Assembly (NCBI GenBank): GCA_964016885.1
Contig: OZ024748.1
Span: 30,194,001 to 30,258,000, forward strand
Source: Eledone cirrhosa
Lineage: Eukaryota
Direction of reading: 5' to 3'
DNA length: 64,000 nucleotides
Shown: one piece after another, positions 11,413-24,410 of the stretch
Layout: the number at the start of each line of letters is the position of its first letter
Position numbering within the stretch: position 1 is the stretch's first letter
Position numbers and translations under genes: made by a program
Notes under the pieces: generated by a model
What the model saw: the letters and a program-made list of their open reading frames with translations, nothing else
Told to the model about the DNA's origin: nothing
Databases searched by the model: none

Positions 11413-13024
11413 TAGAGAGAGAATTGATCTAGATGAAACGCAGTTCGGGTTTGTGTCAGGTAAAAGTACCACAGACGCTCTTTTCATTGTACGACAACTA
11501 CAGGAGAAGTACCTAGCTAAAAGCAAACCCCTATACTTAGCTTTTGTCGACTTGGAGAAAGCCTTCGACAGAGTCCCCCGTTCCATTATCTGGTGGGCTC
11601 TTAGAAAACCAGGTGTTGATGAATGGCTTGTGAGAGCTATACAAGCCATGTATAAAGAAACAGTCAGCAAGGTTAGAATTAACAACGAATATAGTGAAGA
11701 GTTTAGCGTAAAAGTTGGTGTTCATCAGGGCTCCGTTCTTAGCCCCCTACTATTTATTATTGCCCTTCAGGCTATAACAGTGGAGTTCAAGACCGGCTGC
11801 CCATGGTAACTCCTATACGCAGATGATCTAACGTTCATAGCTGAATCAATGACCGAACTAGAGAAGAAATTCCAAACATGGAAGCACGGCCTAGAATCAA
11901 AAGGCTTTAAAATTAACCTGTCTAAGACTAAAGTTCTAGTTTGTAGGAAGGAAAATAGGGCGCCGGTCCCATCCGGGAAATGGCCATGCTCAGTGTGTAG
12001 GAAAGGAGTAGGTAGAAACTCCATTTTATGTCCCAAATGCAAAGTATGGGTGCATAAAAGATGTAGTGGGATCACAGGTAAGCTAACTAAGAACATAGAT
12101 TTTATATGTGGCCGGTGCTCTGGTGCAATAAGTAGCAGCAAGTGCCCTCAGAATACTAGCTCATTCCATTGCACAGATGGTTCTATAGAAATAGTGGACA
12201 GCTTCCGTTACCTGGGTGACAAAATCAGCAGTGGGGGAGGGTGCTCTGAAAGTACTGTAGCTAGAGTCAGAACTGGATGGAAAAAGTTCAGAGAGCTTAT
12301 ACCACTATTAGCCACTAAAGGGTTCTCCCTAAAAATGAAAGGCAGGCTGTATGATGCTTGCATACGAACAGCAATGTTGCATGGCAGTGAGAACTGGGCA
12401 TTGTGTGCAGAGGATATATGCAGACTGGAGAGGAACGAAGCTTGCATGCTCCGCTGGATGTGTAATAGTAATATACGTGAACGGCAAAGCATAAATGACC
12501 TAAGGGAAAAATTAGAAATAAGAGGGATCAGATGTTGTTTACTCGAGAGAAGGCTACGTTGGTACGGTCACGTGATACGCATGAAAGATGACAGCTGTAT
12601 AAAAAAGTGTAGGCCAATAAAAATAGACGGTAGCCACGGAGTAGGCAGACCCAGAAAAACCTGGGATGACTTGATAAATTCCGACCTCACACACTTACAC
12701 CTCTCCAAGACAATGTCACTGGACCGAGACCTTTGGCGCTACACAGTAATAGAGAAGACCCGCCTTACCTAAGTACAAAGTGAAACCTACTACAGTCAGT
12801 AGCTGAAACCTACAACAGTCCACGCTGTAATGTGGCCGTGTAGGTAACACGGTAAAAACCTCCCAGTTCCACACTGTAAATGTGGTTGGTGTTAGGAAGG
12901 GCATCCAGCCGTAGAAAACCCGCCAGACAGTCCTATGTGAGCAAGACAACCACTCTTGCCTCAAGTGGGAAAACTCCCGTCCAAACCCATGCAAGCGTGG
13001 AATATAGACGTTAAACGATGATTA

Positions 13025-13028
<4 letters not shown>
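11413..13028 (+). mobile_element. 5'-truncated RTE LINE family A copy
   Basis: Closely similar to 7778-9506; ORFs 11321-11809 and 11849-12772 separated by TAA at 11807; begins and ends in (TA)n. Confidence 0.95.
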
Positions 13029-13093
<65 letters not shown>

Positions 13094-13471
13094 GGTGTCT
13101 GTGATCTATATGCACTGGTCATAGGCACACATATATATATACACAAAAACTCACTTATATATATATACACAACACCACCACCAGCTCTCTCGATTCCATT
13201 CTCCTTGTCTTCTTCTCTCTCTCCCTATGTCTCTTTCAATCTACTCTCTCAGAAACACTATCTCTTTCTCTCTATCCTTCTCTCTCTCTATTTATGAAGG
13301 TACCCAGAAAAACCCCATATCTTGGGAACCCATGCACTGATTTACGCGAAACTTGTTTTATTCCATTTGTATTCGCATTTCAGGGTCAACTTTCTTTCAA
13401 AGCATTTTCCCATTATGCGCCCTTTTGGGCGCATAATGTATTACAATAATGTATTATTACTATAATATATT

Positions 13472-13660
13472 AGGGCGGTGGATTGGCAGTATCAGTAGAG
13501 GGTCGGACACCATGCTTTCCAGCATAGTTACGTCCCTTTATGATCTGAGTTCAAATCCCGCCGAGGTTGACTTTGCCTTTCATCCTTACGGGGTCAATAA
13601 AATAAAGTACCAGTAATGCACTGGTTAATTGCTGGCCTTCTGCCTAAAGTAGAAACAATT
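13472..13660 (+). mobile_element. SINE family 1
   Basis: Near-identical to 1622-1810; tattactataatatatta occurs on both sides (TSD-like). Confidence 0.9.
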
Positions 13661-13845
13661 ATTACTATAATATATTACATTACAGACAAGCAAGCAAGCA
13701 ATCACAGAGTTTTAGTAGTATATAAATAGATAGATAGACAGACAGATAGATAGGCATCTTGGATAAATCTATTTAAAAATTAAATAAATAAAAATAACTA
13801 ATTTAAATTCTTAACTAATATTTATTTTGTTTTACTTTCTTACAG

Positions 13846-13902
13846 AAATTCTGGTTACTGGCTAAAAGACTATCGGAATTTGTCTCGTGGCAGAAAGTTG
13901 AT
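13846..13902 (+). CDS. Probable internal exon of unidentified gene 1
   Basis: Acceptor ttactttcttacag, donor gtaagt, 57 nt. Open as NSGYWLKDYRNLSRGRKL or KFWLLAKRLSEFVSWQKVD. Confidence 0.6.
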
Positions 13903-14379
13903 GTAAGTATATATTATTACATTCTATATGTTGCAAAATAGCTATAGAGGACTAGATGGTCCCGTGCCATCAAAAATGACGGCTAAAGGGTAGATTTGTA
14001 TTTGTATATACCTTTCAACTGCGGTCATTTTATATTCTTGATAATTCTGATTTATTTTGATATTGCTAGGGACTTGGCTCCTTGGACAACACACACGCAA
14101 ACACATACACACACACACACCATACCACTCAGACACACATACACTCACACACAAAACACACACACACATACACTCACACACAAAAACACTCAGACACGCA
14201 TACACTTACACACACCAACAGTTACACTCACAAAGTGTAGCCATTCTAAGAACGCAAGTTAAAAATAATTATTACATACACACTACTACTTTGACACTAA
14301 ACTCCGCCAGGTGCAGATTGCGCATCATGATATTTTATCCACAAAGTTCGATCAGCAACAGCAGAGTTTTAAAAAAAAG

Positions 14380-14560
14380 ATCAACTGGTGGTGGGAGTAG
14401 GTTATGCCTGGGAGGAAAGTTGGCTGGTAAGAGAAGCAGAGGCCGGCAGCCAAAACAATGGCTTGATAATGTCAACCTATGGACTGGACTTGATCTTTGC
14501 TCTTTAAACTCTGCTGGTGCGAACTTCATGAAGAAAATTATCTCATGTTGATGCACAGTC
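14380..14560 (+). mobile_element. Degenerate RTE-type LINE 3' fragment
   Basis: GKLAGKRSRGRQPKQWLDNV resembles the RTE C-terminal G..GKR.RGR...W.D motif. Confidence 0.55.
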
Positions 14561-14734
14561 TGCAACTGGTAGAGTTTAGCGTCAAAGAAATAGTAACAGA
14601 TGAGTTGCTTCCCTTTACATAACGTACAAAAACATAAGAGCATTGGTCGATAAAATAAAGTACCAATAATGCACTGTGTAATTGCTGGCCTTGTGTCAAA
14701 AGTAGAAACAATTATATATTAGCAGATACTATAG

Positions 14735-15070
14735 AATTTTGACATAGCCCAGTAGTAATATGACCTAGAAGTTTGACATAGTATAGTAAATAATATAAAC
14801 CAGAAATTTGGCATAGTGTAGTGATATGACCTATATATTTGATATAGTATAGTAGTAATTTGACATAGTATAGTAGTAATATAACCTATATATTTGACAT
14901 AGTATAGTAATAATATAACCTATATATTTGACATAGTAAAGTAGTAATATAATCTATGTATTTGACATAGTATAGCAGTAATATAACCTATCTATATATT
15001 TAACATAGTATAGCAGTAATATGACCCAGAAATTTGACATAATATATTGTTAATATGACCCAGAAATAAT
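14735..15070. repeat. ~35-bp minisatellite (tttgacatagtatagtagtaatataacctatata), about 9 degenerate units
   Basis: Direct inspection. Confidence 0.85.
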
Positions 15071-15329
15071 ATAAACAAATATCCATGATTGATGAATCTT
15101 CAAATCTTTACCCCAAATTTTTATCTTCTTTCCTTGAATACTAGTCATTGTGAATGATGAAAGGACAGGGCCCAAACTTCTATTTCTAATTATAATGGAT
15201 GGAACGATCATTTTTAGAGGAGGGTTTAGTGTGCAAAAAGATATATAACAGTATGGTGTCCTAGCAGTCCTATATATCACAGTATAGTGTCCTAAGAATC
15301 AAATGTCTCAACAGTCAATAATCCATCCT

Positions 15330-16665
15330 CTATCCTACCAATACACTTACACTGCCCCGTAACCAATACACTTACACTCTCACTCTCCCATTCTACCAAT
15401 ACACTTACACTCTCACTCACCCATCCTACCAATACACTTACATTTTCACTCACCCATTCTACCAATACACTTACACTCTCACTCTCCTGATCTACCAATA
15501 CACTTACACTCTCGCTCTTCCATCCTACCAATACACTTACACTCTCGCTCTTCCATCCTACCAATACACTTACACTCCCACTCACCCATCCTACCAATAC
15601 ACTTACACTCACTCACCTACCCTACCAATACACTTACACTCTCACTCTTCCATCCTACCAATACACTTACACTCTCACTCACCCATCCTACCAATACACT
15701 TACATTTTCACTCACCCATCCTATCAATACACTTACATTTTCACTCCCCCATTCTACCAATACACTTACACTCTCACTCTCCTGATCTACCAATACACTT
15801 ACACTCTCGCTCTTCCATCCTACCAATACACTTACACTTACACTCTCACTCACCCATCCTACCAATATACTTACATTTTCACTCACCCATCCTACCAATA
15901 CACTTACACGCTCACTCTTCCAACCTACCAATACACTTACACTCTCACTCTCCCATCCTACCAATACACTTACACGCTCACTCTTCCATCCTACCAATAC
16001 ACTTACACTCTCACTCTCCCATCCTACCAATACACTTACACTCTCACTCTCCCATCCTACCAATACACTTACACTCTCACTCTTCCATCCTACCAATACA
16101 CTTACACTCTCACTCTCCCATCCTACCAATACACTTACACTCTCACTCTCCCATCCTACCAATACACTTACACTCTCACTCTCCCATCCTACCAATACAC
16201 TTACACTCTCACTCTTCCATCCTACCAATACACTTACACTCTCGCTCTCCCATCCTACCAATACACTTACTCTCACTCACCCATCCTACCAATACACTTA
16301 CACACTCAGTCGCCCATCCTACCAATACACTTATACTCTCACAATCTACCAATACACTTACTCTCACTCTCCCATCCTACCAATAACACTTACTCTCACT
16401 CTCCCATCTTACCAATACACTTACTCACTCTCCCAGTCTACCAATACCCTTACACTATCACTCTCCCATCCTACCAATACACTTACTCTCACTCACCCAT
16501 CCTACCAATACACTTACACTCTCAGTCGCCCATCCTACCAATACACTTACTCTCAGTTGCCCATTTTACCAATACACTTAGACTCTCACTCTCCCAATCT
16601 AAATCTACCAATACACTTACACTCTCACTCTCTGTCTCCCAATATACTTACACTCTCACTCACTC
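15330..16665. repeat. 33-bp minisatellite (catcctaccaatacacttacactctcactctcc), about 40 units
   Basis: Direct inspection; produces the spurious ESVSVLVGW ORFs on the - strand. Confidence 0.95.
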
Positions 16666-16717
16666 AGTCTTCCTAAGCTCTAAGTGTTATTATGATTTCT
16701 TATAATCTTCCTTTCAG

Positions 16718-16784
16718 TGCCCTTACGCCAAGAAAACTGACATCCTTAGCTACATTCTTACCACACCGATCTACTCTGAAACAG
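16718..16784 (+). CDS. Probable internal exon of unidentified gene 1
   Basis: Acceptor cttcctttcag, donor CAG|gtaagt, 67 nt. Continues both open frames of the previous exon (ALTPRKLTSLATFLPHRSTLKQ or CPYAKKTDILSYILTTPIYSET). Confidence 0.6.
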
Positions 16785-17469
16785 GTAAGTGATATTGGTT
16801 TTATGTTTCTGTGTGTATGGTGCGATATATATGATGATGATGATGATGATATCTATGAATATGTGTAAGGTGTGAGTGTGTGTAAAACAAAAAAATAAAC
16901 ATGATATATGTTTTGTATATTCCTATAATCTTTTCCTCCCCCCAATTTCTTTTCCTCAGCTCTTCTTTTGGCATCATTTGAATGTGAAGGACCAGAAACA
17001 AGTCACGAAAAAGAGAAATACAAGCAGTTGGCAGACAAAGGAAGACATAAACAGATGAAGTAAGTGAAGTCACTACAACCATCAGTCACAATTGAGTATA
17101 ACTTATTAGTCTGTACCATGCTTTTGCTAAGAATCTAAAATGCCCATACAGTGACAGGCAGACACAGTCATCCTCTGACCCTCTTTATTTTAATTCAGCA
17201 GGATATGTGACAGCCTGAAGGGAAGAAGGTTGCACCAGTACTGGGTCACTATTTTCTTTATCATCCCCGAAAGGGTGAAAGGCAAAGTGGTCCTCAGCAA
17301 GATTTGAACTCTGAATGCAGAGACCCAGAACCAATATACAACACTCTAACAGTTCTGTTAAATTGACTGCCTAACTCTTTTGTATAGCGGGGATTAATGG
17401 ACAAGATCTCAGACCTCATTTATGTTCCGAGTGGGTGTCAAATCAGATGATTCCATTGATGATATCATC

Positions 17470-17610
17470 TAGCAGTGGCAAATCCTGTCAGAAAGAACAA
17501 TGTGAAATAAAGTGTCTTGCTCAAGAACATAACACATCACCTGGTCCAGGAATCAAACTAGTAACCTCACAAATCCAAATCTCTAATCATTAAGCCACAT
17601 GCCTTCAACT
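17470..17610 (-). mobile_element. SINE family 2 (CORE-like), degenerate
   Basis: gtgaaataaagtgtcttgctcaag is the reverse complement of ttgagcaagacactttatttcac. Other copies at ~58090-58220(-), 59043-59135(+), 61560-61645(-), 61960-62105(+). Confidence 0.7.
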
Positions 17611-17879
17611 GCATAATGTTCAATAATTACCATGGTTACTAACTTAGATTTCCCCAATTGCTGCAACAATTAATTTAAAATAGAGATATTGTTTAAAGTG
17701 TCTGAAATTGTTTTAGGTAAACTAGAACAATGCAGGTTAGGAATAAAGGAGTGAAAACAAGATTAAAGTAAAACAATACAAAACAAAAAAATAAACAGTT
17801 TATACTTTTACCATATATACATATATATATATATATATATCAATGAAAAAAGAGTTAGTTGATTTATAACAACCCTAGA

Positions 17880-17914
17880 GCAAATCCCGAGCAACGCCGG
17901 GCCATTTTGCTAGT
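17880..17914 (+). mobile_element. Possible Helitron-type 3' terminus (hairpin plus CTAG)
   Basis: cccgagcaacgccggg hairpin followed 8 nt later by ctag-t; a similar inverted motif is at ~38743-38770. Confidence 0.35.
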
Positions 17915-18397
17915 TAACTATATATATATTTTTTTTTAAAATAAAATATAAAAAGAACCATATTAAATATTAAATACTTTTCTATTCAATAATTTCAACA
18001 TCTAAATATAAATAATAAAGGATAGCTTACCTACAAATTCTATAATCCAAATTCTTTCCCCTTTATTATTATATCTCCATAATATTCCTGTCTTAACAGA
18101 ATATTGTTTCCTGATACAATATATAATTTTGATTTAATACCAATCTATAATGATTATATGTGAAATTAAGACTGAATAACGGTCAATTTTTTTTTTTTCT
18201 GACCAATCTAATGCTATATTTTAAATAATTTATGAAATGTTTAAACCAACTAAGGTTTTCCCCCAATCACGTAACACCCTTACATGCTGAGGTTTTTCTA
18301 GTCATATGCCTGGTGGCATATGACATTCATTCTATTTCTAACTTGCATTGTGCTGGTTTTCCTAAAACAATTTTAACCACATACAGGGATGGATTAA

Positions 18398-18608
18398 CCC
18401 TTTAGCATTTAGACTGGCCAGAATTCTCTCACCTCTTTCTGTTCAAACCAACCATAACGGGCCGCTCATACAGACGTTATGGTATTCTTCTCAAAATAAA
18501 TGACATCAAAATCTCATAGATTCGATATTATGTGAGATAATTATGTAAGATAAAACCTTTACCACAAAAACTCAATCGTATATATAGAGTAATGTAAATC
18601 TTAAAGCG
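18398..18608 (+). mobile_element. piggyBac-type MITE (TTAA TSD)
   Basis: ttaa|ccctttagcattt...aaatcttaaagcg|ttaa; homologous to 21280-21567 and 25264-25471. Confidence 0.7.
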
Positions 18609-18895
18609 TTAAGTCTATCCCCACCCTTCATAAAGTCTGGGGGTATTTTTTTTTCTTTTAATTACAAATACAATTCATTTTAATTAACTGATACCCTTCT
18701 TCCCTTGATGCCCTAAACATGCTTAATTTTTTTTAAGGGAGGAGGTATAAGTACAATTAATTTTAATTAACTAGTATCGCTCGGTGCCCTAAACATGTGT
18801 TTAATTTGCTAAATGGTTAATCTTACCATGACTTTGTATTTCACAATGTTGTATATATAAATTAAAGTGTGAAACTGTTTTTCCTTTTCTTTCAG

Positions 18896-18937
18896 AATGC
18901 AAACTTAATGAAGATCTGTAGAGTATTACTAGGATAA
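18896..18937 (+). CDS. Probable terminal coding exon of unidentified gene 1
   Basis: Strong acceptor ttttccttttctttcag; NANLMKICRVLLG-stop (alternative frame ECKLNEDL-stop); AT-rich UTR-like sequence follows. Confidence 0.55.
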   Translation, partial: NANLMKICRVLLG

Positions 18938-19284
18938 ATAAAGAATAACTGGTTCCTTCTGAGAAACCAAAGTGGTTTATCAGAGAAATTGAAGAGGAAG
19001 AGATGGTGGAGTGAAACCCTCACAGAGAGTTTAGCATGACCAAAAAACTTTTTGCATCTTTTCACTGTTAAAGCATAGCTTTTGTTTGTACAAGTGTTGT
19101 AATTGCTTGTCAGAAAGGATCCAAGCCAAGCCATACCTTTTTTTTTCCCACAACAACATATGATGTTATAAATCCAATTATCTAAAAGACTGGAAGATAA
19201 CTAAAACATGGGCTTTTTTTTCAAACAACAAAAAAAAAAAGAAACAAAGAAATTAAAATTCATATGTTGTTATCACTCCCATCA

Positions 19285-19420
19285 AATATTACATTATCAC
19301 TACATACACACTACATTATCACTACATACACACTATATTATCACTACATACACACACACACTACATTATCACTACATACACACTACATTATCACTACATA
19401 CACACTTCATTATCACTACT
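19285..19420. repeat. 22-bp minisatellite (cactacattatcactacataca)
   Basis: About 5 units visible. Confidence 0.8.
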
Positions 19421-19592
19421 TAACAGATTCACAAATGTCTACTTTACTGACCTCACTGTTTTTTCTTCTTTCATATTGTTTTAATTGTTGTCAGCCATTT
19501 TCACAAATTGTTTTGCTTTGCTGGTCAGTTGTTACAGCAGGACTGGACACTGGCTAGCTAATGAGGAACAAATAATAAATGTAAACAGAAAG

Positions 19593-19654
<62 letters not shown>

Positions 19655-19685
19655 AAATATGAATATATGTATGTGTATATATATG

Positions 19686-19722
<37 letters not shown>

Positions 19723-20693
19723 ATAATAACCTCCAAGACTGCTAACAAAACAAAACAAAATGCTGTTGATGAACATAAGACATACAAGCACCATTAAAAT
19801 ATGTTTCCTGATGTGATTATTGTTGATAAAAAACTCTCATTTACAAATGTTCCAGCACTGGAAAACAAAACAGACAAAGGCATTTTTTTTCTTGCTGCAG
19901 AAAAATTGAATATGATTATTGTTTTTTTTTTAAACTTATTTAAGAAGTTCATTATTGCTTTCATCCAACTAAATGTCATGTGACTGTAGTTTTTTTTTTT
20001 TTTTTCTTCTCTCTCAAGACTCCCTCCATTACGAAGGTGACATTTCAAAACATTTCACTAAACTGAAAAGAAAAGAAAAACAAAAACAATCATTTTCCAA
20101 TCGTTTTCATTTGCTTTCACAATGAATTTCATTTCTCAGATTATCAAATCAACATAGATATGAGAACCAATAAGGCACTGAACAAAAAATATCTTCTGCT
20201 ATTCTGGTTACATACCTTTACATTTTGACATTCTGGGTTCAAATACATCTAAAATAGACTTTTTTTTTTTTTTTTTGCCCTTCCATGTATCTGAGGTTGA
20301 GAAAAAAAATAAGTACCAGTAATACACTAGCAGCAAGCATTTAAGGCCATTTTCCCCTCCTGCCAAAGCAGGAGTTGGCATTGAGAGCCACATCAGACAC
20401 TCCATGCTCATCATAGGGTCATGTTTGAAGCAATGTTTTATAGCTGAATACTCTTCCTGGCCCCAACCCCTTTTTGACATACATTAGGATAAATTCAATT
20501 TACTGTATGTAGCCTTCCTTATATATAAATCTATGGTCTTCTATCAACACAAGACATCAATATTTAACTATCTCAATTCCAATCTAATGTTAATCAAAAT
20601 ACAATTGATTATGATACATATAATTACTTTATAATTAATTAAAATATAATTAATTGGTTTATATAAGATACATAGCTTAGCGTTGTTTTTGAA

Positions 20694-20932
20694 AATTAGA
20701 TAGTGAAATAGAGTTTCCACCATATTTTTGACTAAGTAAATTAGGCTAATAGTTGGAGTTATAAAAACCCCCAGATTGGAAAAAGGGATGAGTATTGATG
20801 TACATGGGACACGAACCCACATCTTTGGCTATCATGACATCCTTTTCCAATCTGGGGGTTTTTATAACTCCAACTATTAGGTTAATTTACTTAGTCAAAA
20901 ATATGGCAGAAGCTCTATTTCACTATCTAATT
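20694..20932. repeat. Fold-back element: ~96-bp inverted arms around a 47-nt spacer
   Basis: aattagatagtgaaatagag...cccccagattggaaaaagggatg / catccttttccaatctggggg...ctctatttcactatctaatt. Confidence 0.85.
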
Positions 20933-21279
20933 GGTTTATATTTAATTATAAAATATTTTTTGCAACTTTACTTTCTATATTAGAATTAGTATTTCTCTTA
21001 ATATCGAAATAGTTTTAACCCTTTTGACACCAAACCGGCTCTGGTGCTATGAAATAAAACCACCCATTTTAAAGGGTTCCTATTTAATTTTAAATCTTCC
21101 AACATAATTTTCTAAAAGAACAATATGTTAATTTACTATCTTTGTGACAAATTAATAATTTCAGTAAACACCTCAAAATTATTCCTTAATTAATTGAAAG
21201 AGTGCATTTCATTGGAAATATAGTCATGAAAGCATTAAAATAAATAATTTTCAGGGAATTCGAAATTTAGTTTGATTAA

Positions 21280-21567
21280 CCCTTTAGTATTTACATTATT
21301 CTATATTTACTATTATATTTTCATAGTTAAGGCTTTACCTTTACCCCTTTACTCCTTCACCTGTTCCAGCCACCCGGCCGAGGCCATGCTGGGGCACCGC
21401 CCTTGTTTCTACATAATTATATCACATAATATTGAATCTGAGATTTTGATATTATTTATTTTGAGAACAATACCTTAAGATAAGTATGACCAGCCAGTTA
21501 CAGCTGGTTTGAACAGAAAGAGGTTAGAGAATTCTGGCTGGATACAGTCAGTTTAAATGCTAAAGGG
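21280..21567 (-). mobile_element. piggyBac-type MITE
   Basis: ttaa|ccctttagtattta...aaatgctaaaggg|tta; opposite orientation to 25264-25471. Confidence 0.7.
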
Positions 21568-21857
21568 TTAGCATAAAACAAATAATAATGCATTTAATAA
21601 GAAATACTTTTTCAGCAAAAAATGTATTTATAGAAAGAAAATGATTATTTTCCCTGATTAATTTATATAATTTACTCCTTCTCCAACCCCACCCTCCGTA
21701 ACATTATCAGTCAGGCTGTATATTTAAAAAGTAAGAGAATTGTTCAACTATTTTATCCGTAAAGCTTTCTCTGTTTTCCATCCAATCCTATTTTTCAAAA
21801 TATTCATTCTATTTATAAATATATTATATTATTATTATCATTATTATTGTTATTATT

Positions 21858-22277
21858 AAGGTGATGGATTGGCAGTATCAATAGAGCGTCAGGCACCATG
21901 CTTTGTAGCATAGTTATGGCCCTTTGTTCTGAGTTCAAATCCCACCGAGGTTAACTTTGCTTTTCATTCTTACAGGGTTGATAAAATAAAGCACCAATAA
22001 TGCACTGGAGTCGATTTAATTGACTTTCACCCCCCAGCCACCCCACCCCCACCCACCCCAAAAAAGAATTACTGGTCTTGGGTGGATTGGCAGTATCGGT
22101 AGAGAGTCGGACGCCATGCTTTGACGCATAGAGTTACGGCCCTTGCCATTCTGAGTTCAAATCCCGCCGAGGTTAACTTTGCCTTTGCCTTTCATCCTTA
22201 CGGGGTGGATAAAATAAAGTACCAGTAATACACTGGGGTAGTTGCTGGCCTTGTGCCAAAAGTAGAAACAATTATTA
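21858..22277 (+). mobile_element. Two tandem SINE family 1 copies
   Basis: ggtgatggattggcagtatc... at 21860 and ggtggattggcagtatcggtagagag at 22082, each with B-box and central domain. Confidence 0.85.
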
Positions 22278-24410
22278 TTAAGAGAAGTAGAAGAGCTGTT
22301 CACACATATTTGTGTAAACAGCTCTTTTCCATCTGAACACAATCCCCACACTGATTAGACCTCTTCCACCTTCAGATCTCCTTAAGTACAGTCTATCATC
22401 ATCACCCTTCTTATAAAACATACTATAAGTAGTCATAAATTTCCTTGTATTTCTATTCAGTTCCTTTTGCTCATTTACATTCCATTTAAGAATTCTAACA
22501 CTGTTTCTAATAATAGACATAGCTCGGGAATTTACTACACTTATAATATTTCTACTATTTAAATGTGTTTTTAGTATGTTCCTTACTCTCCTCATGTATT
22601 CATATAATATTATCTCCTTCATTTTATTGTCTTTGATATTATCTGCTTCCAGAACACCTAAATATCTATATCCCTCTATGGTGTCGATCACCTTTATCAT
22701 CTCAAACATCAAATTCCATTGTTGAAAATACAAACCGTGTTAACAAGTACAAACCGTGTTAACAAGTACATCCAACTCCTCACTCTTCCTGAAGAATTTT
22801 AGGTCATCCATGAAGCTCTCTTCTTTCCAGTCTGTATCCTGCCTTCACTCTTCACAAAACAAGGGACAAGGGTATCAGGGTAAGGACAAACAATAAAAGG
22901 GACATATTATCTCTTTGGAAGATACCTCTCTTGATTTTCACTCCCAAGGATTCTCCCCTGATGTTAGCTCTGTCTCCCAGGTCTTTGTGCTATTACTTAA
23001 TAAGTCTGATGTTGTCTGCCATCTTGAAGATTTGCAGACACTTGGTTATCCAAGAATAAGGAACCATGTTGAATGTCTTCTTGTAATCTATCCATCCCAT
23101 GGCAAGACCTGTATGCTTCCTCTTGCAGTTCCTTATTGTCCGCTTCTCAATAAGTAATTGGTCTTTTGTACCATGGGACTTCTTTCAGCATCCTTTCTGT
23201 TCCGCCAGTAATAAGTTGTTTATGCCGAGGTGGTGGAAAATTTCCTCAGACATAATGCTTGTTTGTAATTTCCACATCAAGGACAATCATGTGATAGGCC
23301 TATAGTTGGTAATGTCATTTTCCTTGGCTTGCCCTTTCATTAAGACCGTGGTACATTTTGTCAACTGCTGCAGTACTTCACCCAACACCAAGCAATCATT
23401 GAACATGGCTGTGAGTATCGACTGGAGAGTTATTATATTTTTAGTCCAATATCCTTGCACACCATCCAGGCCTGGTGATTTCTAGTTGGTTAATTTATTG
23501 GCCTGCCTTTTAAGGGTTTCAACCGAGATACTCAAATCAGGTTGTTGCTGTGCTTGTTCATTAACCTCATTTGGTTGTTGTCGAACATGCTGTTTTGTTT
23601 ATACTGACTAACTCTGCCCTCCTATCTTTTAATTTTTGCACTTTTGACTTTGATGTTGCTATAGTTCCTCTATTATAACATTTAGCCCATTTCCCTTTGT
23701 GTTGTATGTCCTTGTCAATCTGTCCTTAGTATCTGTTTTGTAATGTCCCGTTTAATAAAGACTCAAGCGTCCCGATATCCTTTCTTATTTCCTTGATTTG
23801 ACCATTCAACCACTTCTTCCACCAAGGTTCTGGCTTTACTTGTCTGTTTTCCTTCATTTTGATACCATGCCTCAAGATATGGGATGACCCGGCTTACCTT
23901 ATCTGTCATTTCTTTTAACTTTTTTTCTGTCTACAAATCTTAGGTTCATAGGTTTTCCACTATCATTATTCATTTCAACCACCATTAAATTCAGAATATC
24001 AACAAAATCTTGCCCTTCAGTATTCATTTTCTCAATGGCCGTATCTTTATTCTAGATGTTATTCATCTCAACCATTAGATCATTGTCTTCATTGGTTACT
24101 TTCTCAAGTCTCGCAACCACTTCAACCTCACTTTCTATAGGCTCATTCGCCTGATCTACTCCACTTTCCGTTTTCAACTTAATCTCTCTACTCAGTTCCT
24201 CCAATTCCAATTTGTTTATCCATCCATTAGTTTTTATTACACAAACCTGATCCACTAGTTTTTGTTCACCTAATTTAAATAGACCAATATCATTCTAGAT
24301 TTTATGCATTCATTTCTTATAGCCTTTCTTAGTAGGATCACTTTTCAGATACAATTCATTACAGTTTTATTCAATTCTTTCATCCAGTTGGTTCTTGCAT
24401 TGTTCCTTCT
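22278..24410 (-). mobile_element. Degenerate Dong/R4-clade non-LTR retrotransposon
   Basis: ORF 22278-22733: YRYLGVLE...MRRVRNILKTHLNSRN...VNSRA...DRLYLRRSEGGRGL, characteristic of R4/Dong; upstream fragments include YRPIT and SPGLDG motifs. Confidence 0.75.

Noticed and set aside
15292-16276. ORFs with ESVSVLVGW repeats; regular array superficially like CRISPR
   Set aside because: The unit length is a multiple of 3, so the frame stays open by chance. There are no unique spacers and no cas genes, and the context is eukaryotic.
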